This document shows positions 1-9,282 of a stretch of DNA of 64,000 nucleotides, in pieces. This DNA is from Candidatus Bathyarchaeia archaeon. GTDB lineage: Archaea; Thermoproteota; Bathyarchaeia; 40CM-2-53-6. A program made the translations under genes and the position numbers. Every line of letters begins with the position of its first letter. The stretch's first letter is position 1. Under the pieces are notes generated by a model. That model was not told the origin of the DNA. It did not search any database and was given only the letters and a program-made list of their open reading frames with translations. Location: assembly GCA_049517415.1 (NCBI GenBank), contig JBEKSC010000002.1:96001-160000 (forward strand), written 5' to 3'.

Positions 1-1587
1 GGCTTTGCATGGTCGCCTTCAGGCAAGGAGATAGCGTTTCTGATGTATGATCCAGAGACGGAGGAAGATAGGGCGAGGATGGAAAAGTCTGGAGGCGCAA
101 TTGAATTCGAGAAGTTTCACAAATTCTGCAGAATCTGGACGGTAGACATCCAAGATAAATCTCTTAGGAAGGTCACGGGAGATTACCAGGTCTGGGAATT
201 TTGCTGGTGCCCGGATGGTAGTTGCTTTGCTGCTATTGTAGCAGATGAACCCTACGAATGGTCGTGGCATATAGCACGCTTGGCTGTAATACCCCTCAAT
301 ACAGGCGAACCCTACGTTCTGTATGATGCGAAACCGAAGCAACTGGGCGGGCTGTTGTGGTCACAAGACGGGCGGTCGATCTATTTCTTGTCAGCAACAT
401 TGAGTGACAGGCCGCTCGTAGGCGGTGACTTATTCAGGATATCTGCGTCGGGTAGTGAAAGGGAACCGACAAATCTTACGAACGACAACCTGGGTTCAGT
501 TCACTACGCGAAATGGAATTCAACGAACAGACTAATCGTTCTTAGCGTAAACAACGCGAAGACGATATTCACGTTAGTGAACCTTTCAGGGCCAAAGCAA
601 GTAGAGTTCACTACCCTGTATGAGGGAGAAGTAGGAGTAATTGGCGGAATGTTGTTCACCTCACAGCCAATGTTTTCCTGCGCGGACAACGGATCAATCG
701 CAATAGTTAGGGAAGACCTGTACTCGCCGCAGGAAATCTGGTACGGCAAAATGTCGGAGGCAAGTATTTCTTGGAAACAGCTTACGGATCTCAACAAGCC
801 GTTGAAGATGTACTCGAACATTCGCGCGGAAATGGTCGAATGGAAATCTTTTGATGGTCTGAACATACAGGGATTTCTGTACTATCCTCCCGGGCAAGAA
901 AATGAGCCTCTCCCACTTGTTGTTCGTCCTCATGGAGGACCATCGTTGGGTTACGGTTGCAGATTCGAAATGGAAGCGCGATATTATGCTTCTCATGGAT
1001 ATGCTGTTCTCTTGCCCAACCCGCGAGGGAGCATGGGAAGAGGAGTCAAATTCCTAGAGATGAACAGGGGCAACATAGAAGGCAAGGATTTCAAAGATAT
1101 CATGGCAGGAGTGGATTATTGCATAGAACAGCAATGGGCCGACCCAAAGAACCTCTTTGTTTATGGAGGAAGCTACGGTGGCTACCTCGTAGCTTGGACG
1201 GTTTCACAAACTCAGAGGTTCAATGCCGCCGTAATGGACTATGGAATATGTAATTTACTAAGCTGCCACGGAGGCGAATGGAACACGTATTGGGAAGTAT
1301 TCCAATTCGACATCGACCCCTACAACCAATCAGACTTATTCAACAAGAAATCTCCAATCTACTACGCGCGAAATGTAAAAACTCCGACTTTGATAATACA
1401 TGGAAAAGAAGACCCATGTGTCCCAGTAGAACAAGCGCACGAATTCTTTCGAGCTCTCAAAGGGCTAGGCGTACAGACCGAGCTGGTTGTTTATCCGCGA
1501 GAGGGGCACGGATACCAAGAGAAGGCCCACATGATCGATTCCTTCCAACGACACCTAAACTGGTTCAACGAACACATGAAACACTAG
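1..1587 (+). CDS. S9 family peptidase (acylaminoacyl/prolyl oligopeptidase), 5'-partial
   Basis: GGSYGG nucleophile motif, IHGKED, EGH; propeller WSPxG repeats; frame is open from base 1 (GFAWSPSGKEIAF). Confidence 0.92.
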   Translation, partial: GFAWSPSGKEIAFLMYDPETEEDRARMEKSGGAIEFEKFHKFCRIWTVDIQDKSLRKVTGDYQVWEFCWCPDGSCFAAIVADEPYEWSWHIARLAVIPLNTGEPYVLYDAKPKQLGGLLWSQDGRSIYFLSATLSDRPLVGGDLFRISASGSEREPTNLTNDNLGSVHYAKWNSTNRLIVLSVNNAKTIFTLVNLSGPKQVEFTTLYEGEVGVIGGMLFTSQPMFSCADNGSIAIVREDLYSPQEIWYGKMSEASISWKQLTDLNKPLKMYSNIRAEMVEWKSFDGLNIQGFLYYPPGQENEPLPLVVRPHGGPSLGYGCRFEMEARYYASHGYAVLLPNPRGSMGRGVKFLEMNRGNIEGKDFKDIMAGVDYCIEQQWADPKNLFVYGGSYGGYLVAWTVSQTQRFNAAVMDYGICNLLSCHGGEWNTYWEVFQFDIDPYNQSDLFNKKSPIYYARNVKTPTLIIHGKEDPCVPVEQAHEFFRALKGLGVQTELVVYPREGHGYQEKAHMIDSFQRHLNWFNEHMKH

Positions 1588-1679
1588 GAGTCATAACCCC
1601 GTAAAAGTTCACATTGAAATCACGAACCCAATCGGCCCAGAGATTGGGGACGACCTAGGGCTGCTCAGAGGCTGTCTTC

Positions 1680-1826
1680 TTACGTGTATGATAACCTAGT
1701 CGAGGGTTTTGCGCCAAGCAATGTGAGCGCGGTGCCTCCGACCGCGATGAGAGTGATCTTTCTCCCCAGCTCCTTGTCCACTTCTTCCAGGAAACCCAGC
1801 AGCACTCTGCTACCTAATCGCGCCAT
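1680..1826 (-). pseudogene. Truncated DUF6036-like nucleotidyltransferase (N-terminus only)
   Basis: Own translation MARLGSRVLLGFLEEVDKELGRKITLIAVGGTALTLLGAKPSTRLSYT*; breaks off where DxD is expected; overlaps the stop of the 362-aa gene. Confidence 0.65.
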
Positions 1827-2898
1827 ACAACCTCATTTTCTCCTCTATGCTCTTATTGTTCGCTCTGATCTCCTTGGGTTTCAGGGATTCGAGGATTCCT
1901 ATCGTAACACCAGTCTCCTTCGAGGGCTTAATCTTGTCTAGCGCTTTCAACAGTCCAATGAGCCTGCCAGACAGTCCGTATTTCTCTGAAAGGAAAATGA
2001 GGAGGCTGTGATTCGCCTTGTTTTTTGCCAGCAGTATCGGTATCGCCTCGATGCGCCTGGCGTCACCCTTCATCATGATGGAAGCGATGATGTATTCGAT
2101 GCATATCCTCTGCCCTTCCCTCAGCTCGGGTCCGATCTCCTTGTAGCCGAACCTTGCTAGATTGAAGGTCAAGTCCTTCTCGGGTATCTTCGCCGGGTTC
2201 GTCTCCGCCTCCAGTAGCGCGATTCTGTATCCTTTGGCCACCGCTGCGGCGATATGGGACCAGAAGTCTTGCGGTCCATGGAGCGTTATCTTGTCGTACA
2301 GCATCTCTTTCAAAGGGTTGATTTCATCCGATGTTAGGAGTTCTAGGAACTCATCCGTTGTCAAGATGAGAGGGTCTATCTTGATTGTGGCGAACGCCTG
2401 CAGGTCTCGCGCGGTTGCATGTATGCGGATTATCTCGCGTTGGAGCAGGTTGCCTTTCGGATCGTGCAGTAAAAACAGTAGCTCCGCCCTGTTGAGCTTC
2501 AGGTTCCTCTCGGCGTTTATCGCTGATATCGATTCTATGGAACGGATCTCCTCGCAGCGTTCCTCGGCGTTCTTGAAAAGCATCTGCAATTCTTTGGATT
2601 CAGCCAGCAGGTCACGTTTTCTTCTGAGATCCACCTCTGTGAGCAAGTCAATGAGCAGGTAATTCGCGAAGTTCAGGCTTGCGAGTGAAGACCTTCCGGC
2701 CTTGGTGAGAGTTATCGTTCCCTCAGCAGCCAGCGCACGCGTCTTCTCGTAAATGTTGGAGTAAAACGCGGTGCCGTGGGAGCGCCTTATCTTGGAGGTT
2801 AGTTCGTGTATAGAGATGGGCCTGCCAGTTTCCTTCCAGAGAGTGTCCAGTACCCTGTAAGTAGTGTCGTCCATTGCTGCACCGACTGATATCTGCAT
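1810..2898 (-). CDS. Winged-HTH protein with degenerate nucleotidyltransferase-like middle domain (possible antitoxin/regulator)
   Basis: 362-aa ORF; N-terminal wHTH-like segment; coupled to the truncated NTase gene. Confidence 0.55.
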   Translation of the reverse strand: MQISVGAAMDDTTYRVLDTLWKETGRPISIHELTSKIRRSHGTAFYSNIYEKTRALAAEGTITLTKAGRSSLASLNFANYLLIDLLTEVDLRRKRDLLAESKELQMLFKNAEERCEEIRSIESISAINAERNLKLNRAELLFLLHDPKGNLLQREIIRIHATARDLQAFATIKIDPLILTTDEFLELLTSDEINPLKEMLYDKITLHGPQDFWSHIAAAVAKGYRIALLEAETNPAKIPEKDLTFNLARFGYKEIGPELREGQRICIEYIIASIMMKGDARRIEAIPILLAKNKANHSLLIFLSEKYGLSGRLIGLLKALDKIKPSKETGVTIGILESLKPKEIRANNKSIEEKMRLYGAIR

Positions 2899-3145
2899 TA
2901 TAGCATATACACGATAATATTAAGGCATCATAACTATATAAGTGCATGAATGACAACGGTCTGCCAGCCGATGCCACAACTGCGACACACTGCCTTACCT
3001 CTCAGAGCCATGACACCAACCAGCAGCGGAGATTCGTGGTAATAATTATTCTTCTCAGCTAGGCGCTGCCAGATGTCTTGTTATTGGCCCTAAGTTTTCT
3101 ACTTCCTAGAATGCCTTATCTCTGATACTGTCCCTGCTTTAGTGC

Positions 3146-3511
3146 ATGCCGATTGAAGACCTTGTCGGGAATACGGAGCTTCTAAAGCGAGTCTTAGAAC
3201 ACTACAGATACCGACTGGACAACTTCACGAGTGATGAAGAGGTCAAGCCGCTGATAAGCGGGCCCGTCAGACGATACCTTACCTTTGGCCAATTGAAGTC
3301 ACTGGTTTCCGAAGCGCTGATCGAATTAACCAAAGACAGAGACACTGCAAACCTAAAGCTACCGTTGTACAGCGACCTTCTGAGGTCTGCGGCTCGACAA
3401 TACGTAAAAGACCTGGAACGAATTAAAGAGAAAACCAGCCAAGAGCTGCCAGACAGCAAACTGAGAGAAATGGAGTTGGACATAGAAGCCGCGAAGGAGT
3501 GCCTTCGCTAA
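3146..3511 (+). CDS. Hypothetical helical protein
   Basis: 121-aa ORF with ATG start, protein-like composition, upstream TTATCT box. Confidence 0.6.
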   Translation: MPIEDLVGNTELLKRVLEHYRYRLDNFTSDEEVKPLISGPVRRYLTFGQLKSLVSEALIELTKDRDTANLKLPLYSDLLRSAARQYVKDLERIKEKTSQELPDSKLREMELDIEAAKECLR

Positions 3512-3658
3512 ACGGTCTCCGCCAGGTTGGAAAGACCTCACTGGGACGCTGAAGGCAGTAAGAAGATGGCGGTCATTCATGCTTTCGGTGAGCTGCAACG
3601 CAAAGCCAAGGCGCGCGCAATCAAGGGCGAGCATGCCGATTCTTTGCACTCGTTCAAC

Positions 3659-3814
3659 CTATCTTAGGCCTAGATCACAGTGAAGACAAGGGGTATAATC
3701 GGGGGATGCGCATCGCGAGCAGCGTTCACAGATGCGATTCCAATACTCATAGCAGCTATAGCAGCGGAAATCCAGTTCGCCGTTTCTTCCGAAGGATCCA
3801 CGCGGCTGGGCCAT
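3659..3814 (-). CDS. Putative small Cys-rich (Zn-finger) protein
   Basis: Own translation: 51 aa with CxxC, CxxCxxC, CxxC; GGAGGTGA upstream. Confidence 0.35.
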   Translation of the reverse strand: MAQPRGSFGRNGELDFRCYSCYEYWNRICERCSRCASPDYTPCLHCDLGLR

Positions 3815-4469
3815 GTCTTCAAGCGTCGGCGAGGCCGCGCCTTTGCCACTAATCAGAAGAACTCACCTCCTTTCCATGAGGCGTGTTTCAAAATACTCTT
3901 CGCCTTCGACCGCTCTACTAAGCATGGCTTTCCTTCGGCACCGATCCCCAGTACGATTCAGGTTAACTTACTCTAGGCTTGGAAGGATCCTTACTGAAGA
4001 AGTTTGAGGGTCTTCGTACCACGAGGAACCGACCACAATCTTGGCAGATGTAATGTTTCGAGTAAGTCCCACCGGAGTAGAAAGTCATTTTCTCACCGCA
4101 GCTTGGGCAGTTTGGATTACCTATCTTCATACGCTCGCGTCCACCAACTACTTCTGTCTCCTCAGAATTGGGTTTTTTGGTGCTCTACTAGGCGGGAGTC
4201 CAAAGGCGCGGACAGGCGAGGTGCGAACCGGTGGTTCGGCAAAGACCGGCGAATAGGTATAGGAGGCCAACGCAAAAGATGCCGAGGAAAGCTTCCGGCA
4301 AGATCAGACGAACGCCACCATCAACTTGACATGACTTTCTAGTTTGCCCAAGTTCGAAGTTCGTGGTCACGATTATTCTTCTTCTTGATTTCCTCTTCCG
4401 AGCTTCTCTTAAGCGAGCTGTGCGGTCCAAATTTGCACGTTTATTAGCAGAGCTTCCCGTTGCAGGGAG

Positions 4470-5525
4470 GTGACTTTTGTGGCTAGGCAATCTCGTCTTC
4501 CTATACGCATAAATCGGAAAGCACCTTCTGCCGCCCTTCTGCCGTTTACAGACTATTTCAAAGGGTTCGATAATGTCGGCGCGATGCGGGGCGTCTTTGG
4601 AGAGAAGACTGACTCAGTCTTGGACAACCTGAAAGTTGGATTCGTTTCTAATCGCCGCATGTACATGGGCATAAGAGACAAAGACGGAAACATTGCCGTC
4701 AGCACTTTTCATCTCAAGCACAGCGACCAGAGGACACTGTATCTTGACGTAGTTCACGAGCTGTTCCATGTCAAGCAATTCATAGAGAATAGAAAGTACT
4801 TCCGAGAAGAGCATCAGAAGTTCATGGGAAACCGGTCTTTGTATTACGTGAGCCCGATAGAAGTCCCGGCCTACAAGCACACAGTTAAGGAGGCCAAACG
4901 AATTGGCATGTCCTTCAACGAGATAGCAGAATATCTGAAGATGGGACCAGTTCCCCCGAAGGTGTTCAACAAGTTCTTGAAAACCGTGAATCTTGAACGA
5001 GGCGGGAACACCTCAAAGAATCGGGCAAGGTTAGCCGTTCGAATAAACCGCTACGCATCGATACGAGTCTTCCCGTTTACCGACTATTTCAAGGGCTTTG
5101 AGAAGTCTTCGGCGGTAAGGGCCCTGTTCGGAAACAAGACGGAGAAGATCTTAGGCAAGCTTAAAGTTGAGTTCGCCGATTCCCCATTTCGAACAATATT
5201 TCCAAGCGATGAGGATGGCCACCTCATGGTGAGCCTAGACTACTTCAGGAAAGGCGACGTGAATTCACTGTATCTTAACGTTCTATTGTGCCTCAATATC
5301 CTGAAACGCCTGTCCGAAGATAAGCTACTTCTCGAATCCAACGATCAGGAGTTCGGTGAGAGCCCCGTCATTTTGGAATCGTACAAGTCGATGTTGGCAG
5401 AATCAAGGCGGATCGGGATGTCTGATAAGAAGATCTTGGAAAGCATGCAGCTTCCGCGTTTCATGATGAGCCCCGCAGGTTACATCAGATTTGTGCGAAA
5501 GTTGGGGCTTTTGGACTCAGGTTAG
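4470..5525 (+). CDS. Protein with two tandem zincin-like domains (first has HExxH)
   Basis: PFTDYFKGF occurs twice; VVHELFH...EVPAY in first copy only. Confidence 0.7.
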   Translation: MTFVARQSRLPIRINRKAPSAALLPFTDYFKGFDNVGAMRGVFGEKTDSVLDNLKVGFVSNRRMYMGIRDKDGNIAVSTFHLKHSDQRTLYLDVVHELFHVKQFIENRKYFREEHQKFMGNRSLYYVSPIEVPAYKHTVKEAKRIGMSFNEIAEYLKMGPVPPKVFNKFLKTVNLERGGNTSKNRARLAVRINRYASIRVFPFTDYFKGFEKSSAVRALFGNKTEKILGKLKVEFADSPFRTIFPSDEDGHLMVSLDYFRKGDVNSLYLNVLLCLNILKRLSEDKLLLESNDQEFGESPVILESYKSMLAESRRIGMSDKKILESMQLPRFMMSPAGYIRFVRKLGLLDSG

Positions 5526-5599
5526 AACGGATAACGCATACTGTGGCGACGAGAAAGAAAAAGGAGGAATAAGCATGTTAGTCCTCGGGTGCCAAATCC

Positions 5600-5979
5600 C
5601 ATCACGAACAACCGCTCCTATGTGGCAGGCGCCTTTCCTTTTACCTTCGACGCGGTCGACCTTTCACTCGGAGAACACGCATTTTCGAAGGATACGATTC
5701 AAAAGTTCAACTTTAATATCCAAAAAACTGAATCACGGTCGCTGAGACATCTCGGATGTAATTTCGCCCTCTCTAAACTCCCTCAACCTGCTGAGAAACT
5801 CCAGTCGCAGCATGCTGTGATTCCGTCTCTGTCATGAGGCCGAGGTCATATTCGCAAGCGATATCCTTGCAGATTAGGAACTTTGATGGCCTTAGATCCC
5901 GTAATACGTTATAGTACCATGACAGCCTTTCCCTTATCGCCGGGTCACGCCAAGTGTCGCCGGTGTAGTGCCTGAGCAT
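5600..5979 (-). pseudogene. Remnant of PflX-like radical SAM (PFL-activating enzyme-like) gene
   Basis: WRDPAIRERLSWYY..RDLRPSKFLICK, then after a frameshift FLDIKVELLNRILRKCVFSE*KVDRVEGKRKGACH; internal stops; boundaries approximate. Confidence 0.6.
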
Positions 5980-6082
5980 CCTTCCCAAGAAACCTGTCTT
6001 CGGACCGGGTACTTTGGCCTGGCCCACTTTCGCTTCGAATGGGTACGATACGCCTGAGACGGTTGGTTTGGCGCAGGATTTC

Positions 6083-6151
6083 CGCAGCGCACTTGCGCGG
6101 AGGCCTTAGGACTCTCCCGTAGGGGTTCATGGGTTCGAATCCGGCGCTGCG
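6083..6151 (+). pseudogene. Degenerate tRNA-Leu-like sequence lacking a D-arm
   Basis: 6115-6142 matches the variable arm + T-arm of the tRNA half at 26.85 kb in 27/28 positions; CTTAGGA loop; CGCAGCGC/GCGCTGCG flanking stem. Confidence 0.5.
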
Positions 6152-6388
6152 TACTTTTTGATGGACCTTGGGTACTCGTTTCCACTGGAGAAAATCGCGG
6201 ATATTGAGGGTTCGCATCTCATTGGGCCCCCCCACGATAAGGAAGGCTCTAGGAGATTGGCCTAGTGTTCTGCCGCTTGCCTTTTCTCAAGCTTCTCGAG
6301 TGTAGTCGCCCAATTCACAAAGCAGCCCCAGAGCAATGAACTTTCGGCATTATCCTTTTCGTTGGAATCTGGTTTGTTCACGATTCGC

Positions 6389-7189
6389 TCACTTTAGATT
6401 TTTGTTAAAGAAAGCAACTGAGCTTTCCCAAGCGTCACTGGCAGCTTCCTTGTTGTAAGACGGTCTGGTCTCGTTGAAAAAGGAGTGCTGCGCTCCCTTG
6501 TAGATTTTCAATGAAAATTGTTTCTTGTACTTTACCATTGCTTCAACTAGAGATGGAACACCTGCGTTGATTCGCTCGTCTTCTCCAGCGTAAAAAGCAA
6601 GTATGGGGCCAGAAATGTTCTCAACAGATCCTAGCGGCTTTGGGTTCGCCCCGTAAAAAGGGACGGATGCGCTGAAGGGATACACCGTTGAAAGCTGATA
6701 GGTCAGGCCTCCGCCCATACAAAACCCCATGATGCCTAATTTTTCGTTGACAACAAAATCGAGGCTCTGAAGATAGCTCCTGCAATCCAAGAGATCTTTG
6801 GCCATTTGCTTTTCCATCTCCTCCCTCCCAAGAAAGAAGATGTTCGCGACTTTCCTTTCAGTTTCGGACATTTTGCTCATGAGTTCCTGAATCGTATCTG
6901 GGGCGCTTCTCTTGTCTGGCGGCACTGTCCACATGTATCTCATCGTAGATTCGATGTTCTTCTCGTTCATAACATCGCCGTTCCTTGTGAAGAGGTTTGG
7001 AGCAATTGTGGCGTAACCTTCCTTAGCGTACCTCTTTGCAACACCCCTGATCTGCTCATTCAATCCAAAGGCCTCGTGGATCACAATTATTCCCGGGAAC
7101 TCTCCGTCCTTGGGTCTAGAGATGAAAGCGGACATCATGGTTCCATCAGCGCAGTTGAATGTGGTATCTTGATCCTTAGTCTCCATCAC
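6389..7189 (-). CDS. Dienelactone hydrolase family protein
   Basis: IHEAFGL, GFCMGG, GEDERI, AQHSF motifs. Confidence 0.92.
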   Translation of the reverse strand: MMETKDQDTTFNCADGTMMSAFISRPKDGEFPGIIVIHEAFGLNEQIRGVAKRYAKEGYATIAPNLFTRNGDVMNEKNIESTMRYMWTVPPDKRSAPDTIQELMSKMSETERKVANIFFLGREEMEKQMAKDLLDCRSYLQSLDFVVNEKLGIMGFCMGGGLTYQLSTVYPFSASVPFYGANPKPLGSVENISGPILAFYAGEDERINAGVPSLVEAMVKYKKQFSLKIYKGAQHSFFNETRPSYNKEAASDAWESSVAFFNKNLK

Positions 7190-7481
7190 TTTGCAACACC
7201 AGTCCGTCTCTCAAGCAAAATTCACTCATTTCCTGAAACAGTAAGCTGTGACTAATAGACCTATTATGAAAGCTATCGCACCAGCTACCTCCCAAAATTA
7301 TGAACCACTCATCATACACTTGATCCTACAACTATTCAACGTCAGCTAAACGGTTCAGAGTCAGATACGCATTAGATCAGATTATGGCCTTACCGCTGCC
7401 TTAGTCAAGGCTCGCAGTTATCCAGTGGAAAGAGAAGTAGCGAAACTACTTCGTACGTTGGTCGAGAAGTGCCTTCAGCCA

Positions 7482-8054
7482 TTAGTCGAACATGTATTTG
7501 CCCATTTCCTGGTAACCCTTTGTGTTTAGGTGAAGTCCATCGGCAGAGTAATCCTCTGAGAGTCTGTTGTTCTGCGGGTCAGCAGTTGCCGCGAAGAAGT
7601 CCACGAATCGTATGTCTCTCTTCTCTGCTTCCATACGGATCAGTCTGTTAAGCTGGAGTCTGGGAGGGATAAGCGCGTCGAATCCAAGAATCGATGGCAC
7701 CGAGCATGCCACGGACACAATGCCCTTGCTCAGAGCAGCATCGTATAGGGTAGTCAAGTTGTGGGCGATCGTTGCCGGATCAAAACCCCAACCTAAGTCA
7801 TTGGCTCCTCCAAGTATGACCACGTAATCCGCTTTCTCATCCACCACGTCCCTCGAGAACCTTTCAAGCATACCCGAGGTCAGATCACCGTTAATTCCCC
7901 TGTTCAGCACATTGACCTCCAAACCTGATCGGAGACTGGTCAAATATTGTTTAGCAAGAGTCTCTAGATATTTCGGGTAAGAGGCGGATTCATCAGAATC
8001 AGAGAACCCGGTTTCTCCAACCGTCAAACTGTCCCCGAGAGCCACAATCTTCAT
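7482..8054 (-). CDS. SGNH/GDSL hydrolase
   Basis: GDSLT, GING, GGAND, DGLH blocks. Confidence 0.92.
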   Translation of the reverse strand: MKIVALGDSLTVGETGFSDSDESASYPKYLETLAKQYLTSLRSGLEVNVLNRGINGDLTSGMLERFSRDVVDEKADYVVILGGANDLGWGFDPATIAHNLTTLYDAALSKGIVSVACSVPSILGFDALIPPRLQLNRLIRMEAEKRDIRFVDFFAATADPQNNRLSEDYSADGLHLNTKGYQEMGKYMFD

Positions 8055-8207
8055 GGATTAAGCCTCAAGCCCAGACTCAGTCTCGCGAGTCCTACAGCTT
8101 AGAGATTGTTTCCATCGCCATTCTCTCAGTCATAGGTTCGACGATTTCTACGTTCTTGATCCTGTTTTCCAACGGCTTGAGTCGTTTCCTAACATGATTA
8201 GCCTTGG

Positions 8208-8224
8208 GTTTGGTGCGGGGGAGG
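8208..8224 (-). repeat. att site (copy of tRNA-Leu 3' end)
   Basis: 17 bp identical to 26834-26850; reverse complement CCTCCCCCGCACCA-AAC. Confidence 0.85.
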
Positions 8225-8316
8225 AAACATGAAATATAGGTTCGAATTGCCCAGCGTTCTAGATTTCCTACTTCGTTTTTCGGTCATTCTTAACTTACGG
8301 TACTCTTACACCGTGT

Positions 8317-8553
8317 ATGGGCCGTCTGGGGAATCATGCGGAGGATGGCCCAATGGAACAAATATCTACACCTCTAATCGATGAGGAACTCAGAAGACGA
8401 ACAGTAGCTAAGATACTGCTCCGGTTACAGCGATATGTTAGAGGCTACCTCCCAGATCTCCACATCGAGACAGATGAAGACTTCTCCAAGAACCCAGCGG
8501 AAGTAAAGATTAGAGTCTGGTGGAAAGATGAAAAGAGATCTGCTTCTATTTGA
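8317..8553 (+). CDS. Small hypothetical protein (likely start 8353)
   Basis: A diverged paralogous copy at 10141-10287 supports coding status. Confidence 0.6.
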   Translation: MGRLGNHAEDGPMEQISTPLIDEELRRRTVAKILLRLQRYVRGYLPDLHIETDEDFSKNPAEVKIRVWWKDEKRSASI

Positions 8554-9277
8554 CACTTAGGGCTTTGGCATATTTGTCGAATTCAATTGCAGGAACGGTT
8601 CCCAGTATCTGAAGCCGAGAAAGAAGAGTGAGGAAGAGAAAGATCAGAGAAGACTCTGGAGAACTGATTCCAATTTTGGGGCTTGAATCGGAATAATCGA
8701 TATCAAAGCTCCCGTGACGTAGCGCGCAACCGAAGTCAATTCGTTCCTCTTTCTTAAGTGCACTAACCGCACCTTGAAACTTTTCACCAAACGGTGGGTT
8801 CCAATCACTTTCCAGTGCAACAACGCCGGCAGGTATTTCGAAAAGCTCTCGGGGTGCAAAAACCCCCCCGGCGTGAGGTATTTTTGCGCTCGTACGTCGA
8901 AGCCGTCTTACAGAAGCCGCCTTTTTGCCTGCATATTCAATGTAGGCCTTATCCAGTTTTGGTTTGACTTCGATTATACTGTAGACGCTCTCAGCGGAAA
9001 CGTACAATGCTCCTTCATGGTTTAGCAGAAACGGGGAATACTGAGAATCGAAGATTACAATGTCGATTTGCTCGCTCAGCTGGCTATCCGAGTCCACTAC
9101 GAAGGCCTTCTCTACTTGGTACCTCTTTGGAAGATACTTCTTTAGCATGTCTATCCAACTCATCTCAGTGGCTTCGCCTTTACCAGTGGGATGAGGAATC
9201 TCTTGGGTTGTCGAGAGAGAGGCTTCCATCTCTTTCTGCAGTTTCAAGAATAGTGCACGTAAATCAACGGTTGGCAT
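8546..9277 (-). CDS. nucC: CBASS effector endonuclease NucC
   Basis: HPTGKGEATE..W..ML..YLPKRY, SEQIDIVIFD, AESVY..IEVK, ASVRRLRRTS.KIPHAGG closely follow NucC. Confidence 0.92.
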   Translation of the reverse strand: MPTVDLRALFLKLQKEMEASLSTTQEIPHPTGKGEATEMSWIDMLKKYLPKRYQVEKAFVVDSDSQLSEQIDIVIFDSQYSPFLLNHEGALYVSAESVYSIIEVKPKLDKAYIEYAGKKAASVRRLRRTSAKIPHAGGVFAPRELFEIPAGVVALESDWNPPFGEKFQGAVSALKKEERIDFGCALRHGSFDIDYSDSSPKIGISSPESSLIFLFLTLLSRLQILGTVPAIEFDKYAKALSVK

Positions 9278-9282
9278 TCATT

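Noticed and set aside
4004..4469. Several overlapping short ORFs upstream of the zincin-like gene
   Set aside because: None has a recognisable motif or convincing start context.
7446..7484. Possible premature stop in the SGNH hydrolase (frame continues WLKALLDQRTK*)
   Set aside because: All catalytic blocks precede the stop, so it cannot be distinguished from a natural end.
8187..8195. TCCTAACAT near the left att also occurs in the tRNA intron-like sequence (26886-26894)
   Set aside because: A 9-bp match on the opposite side of the att core; compatible with chance.
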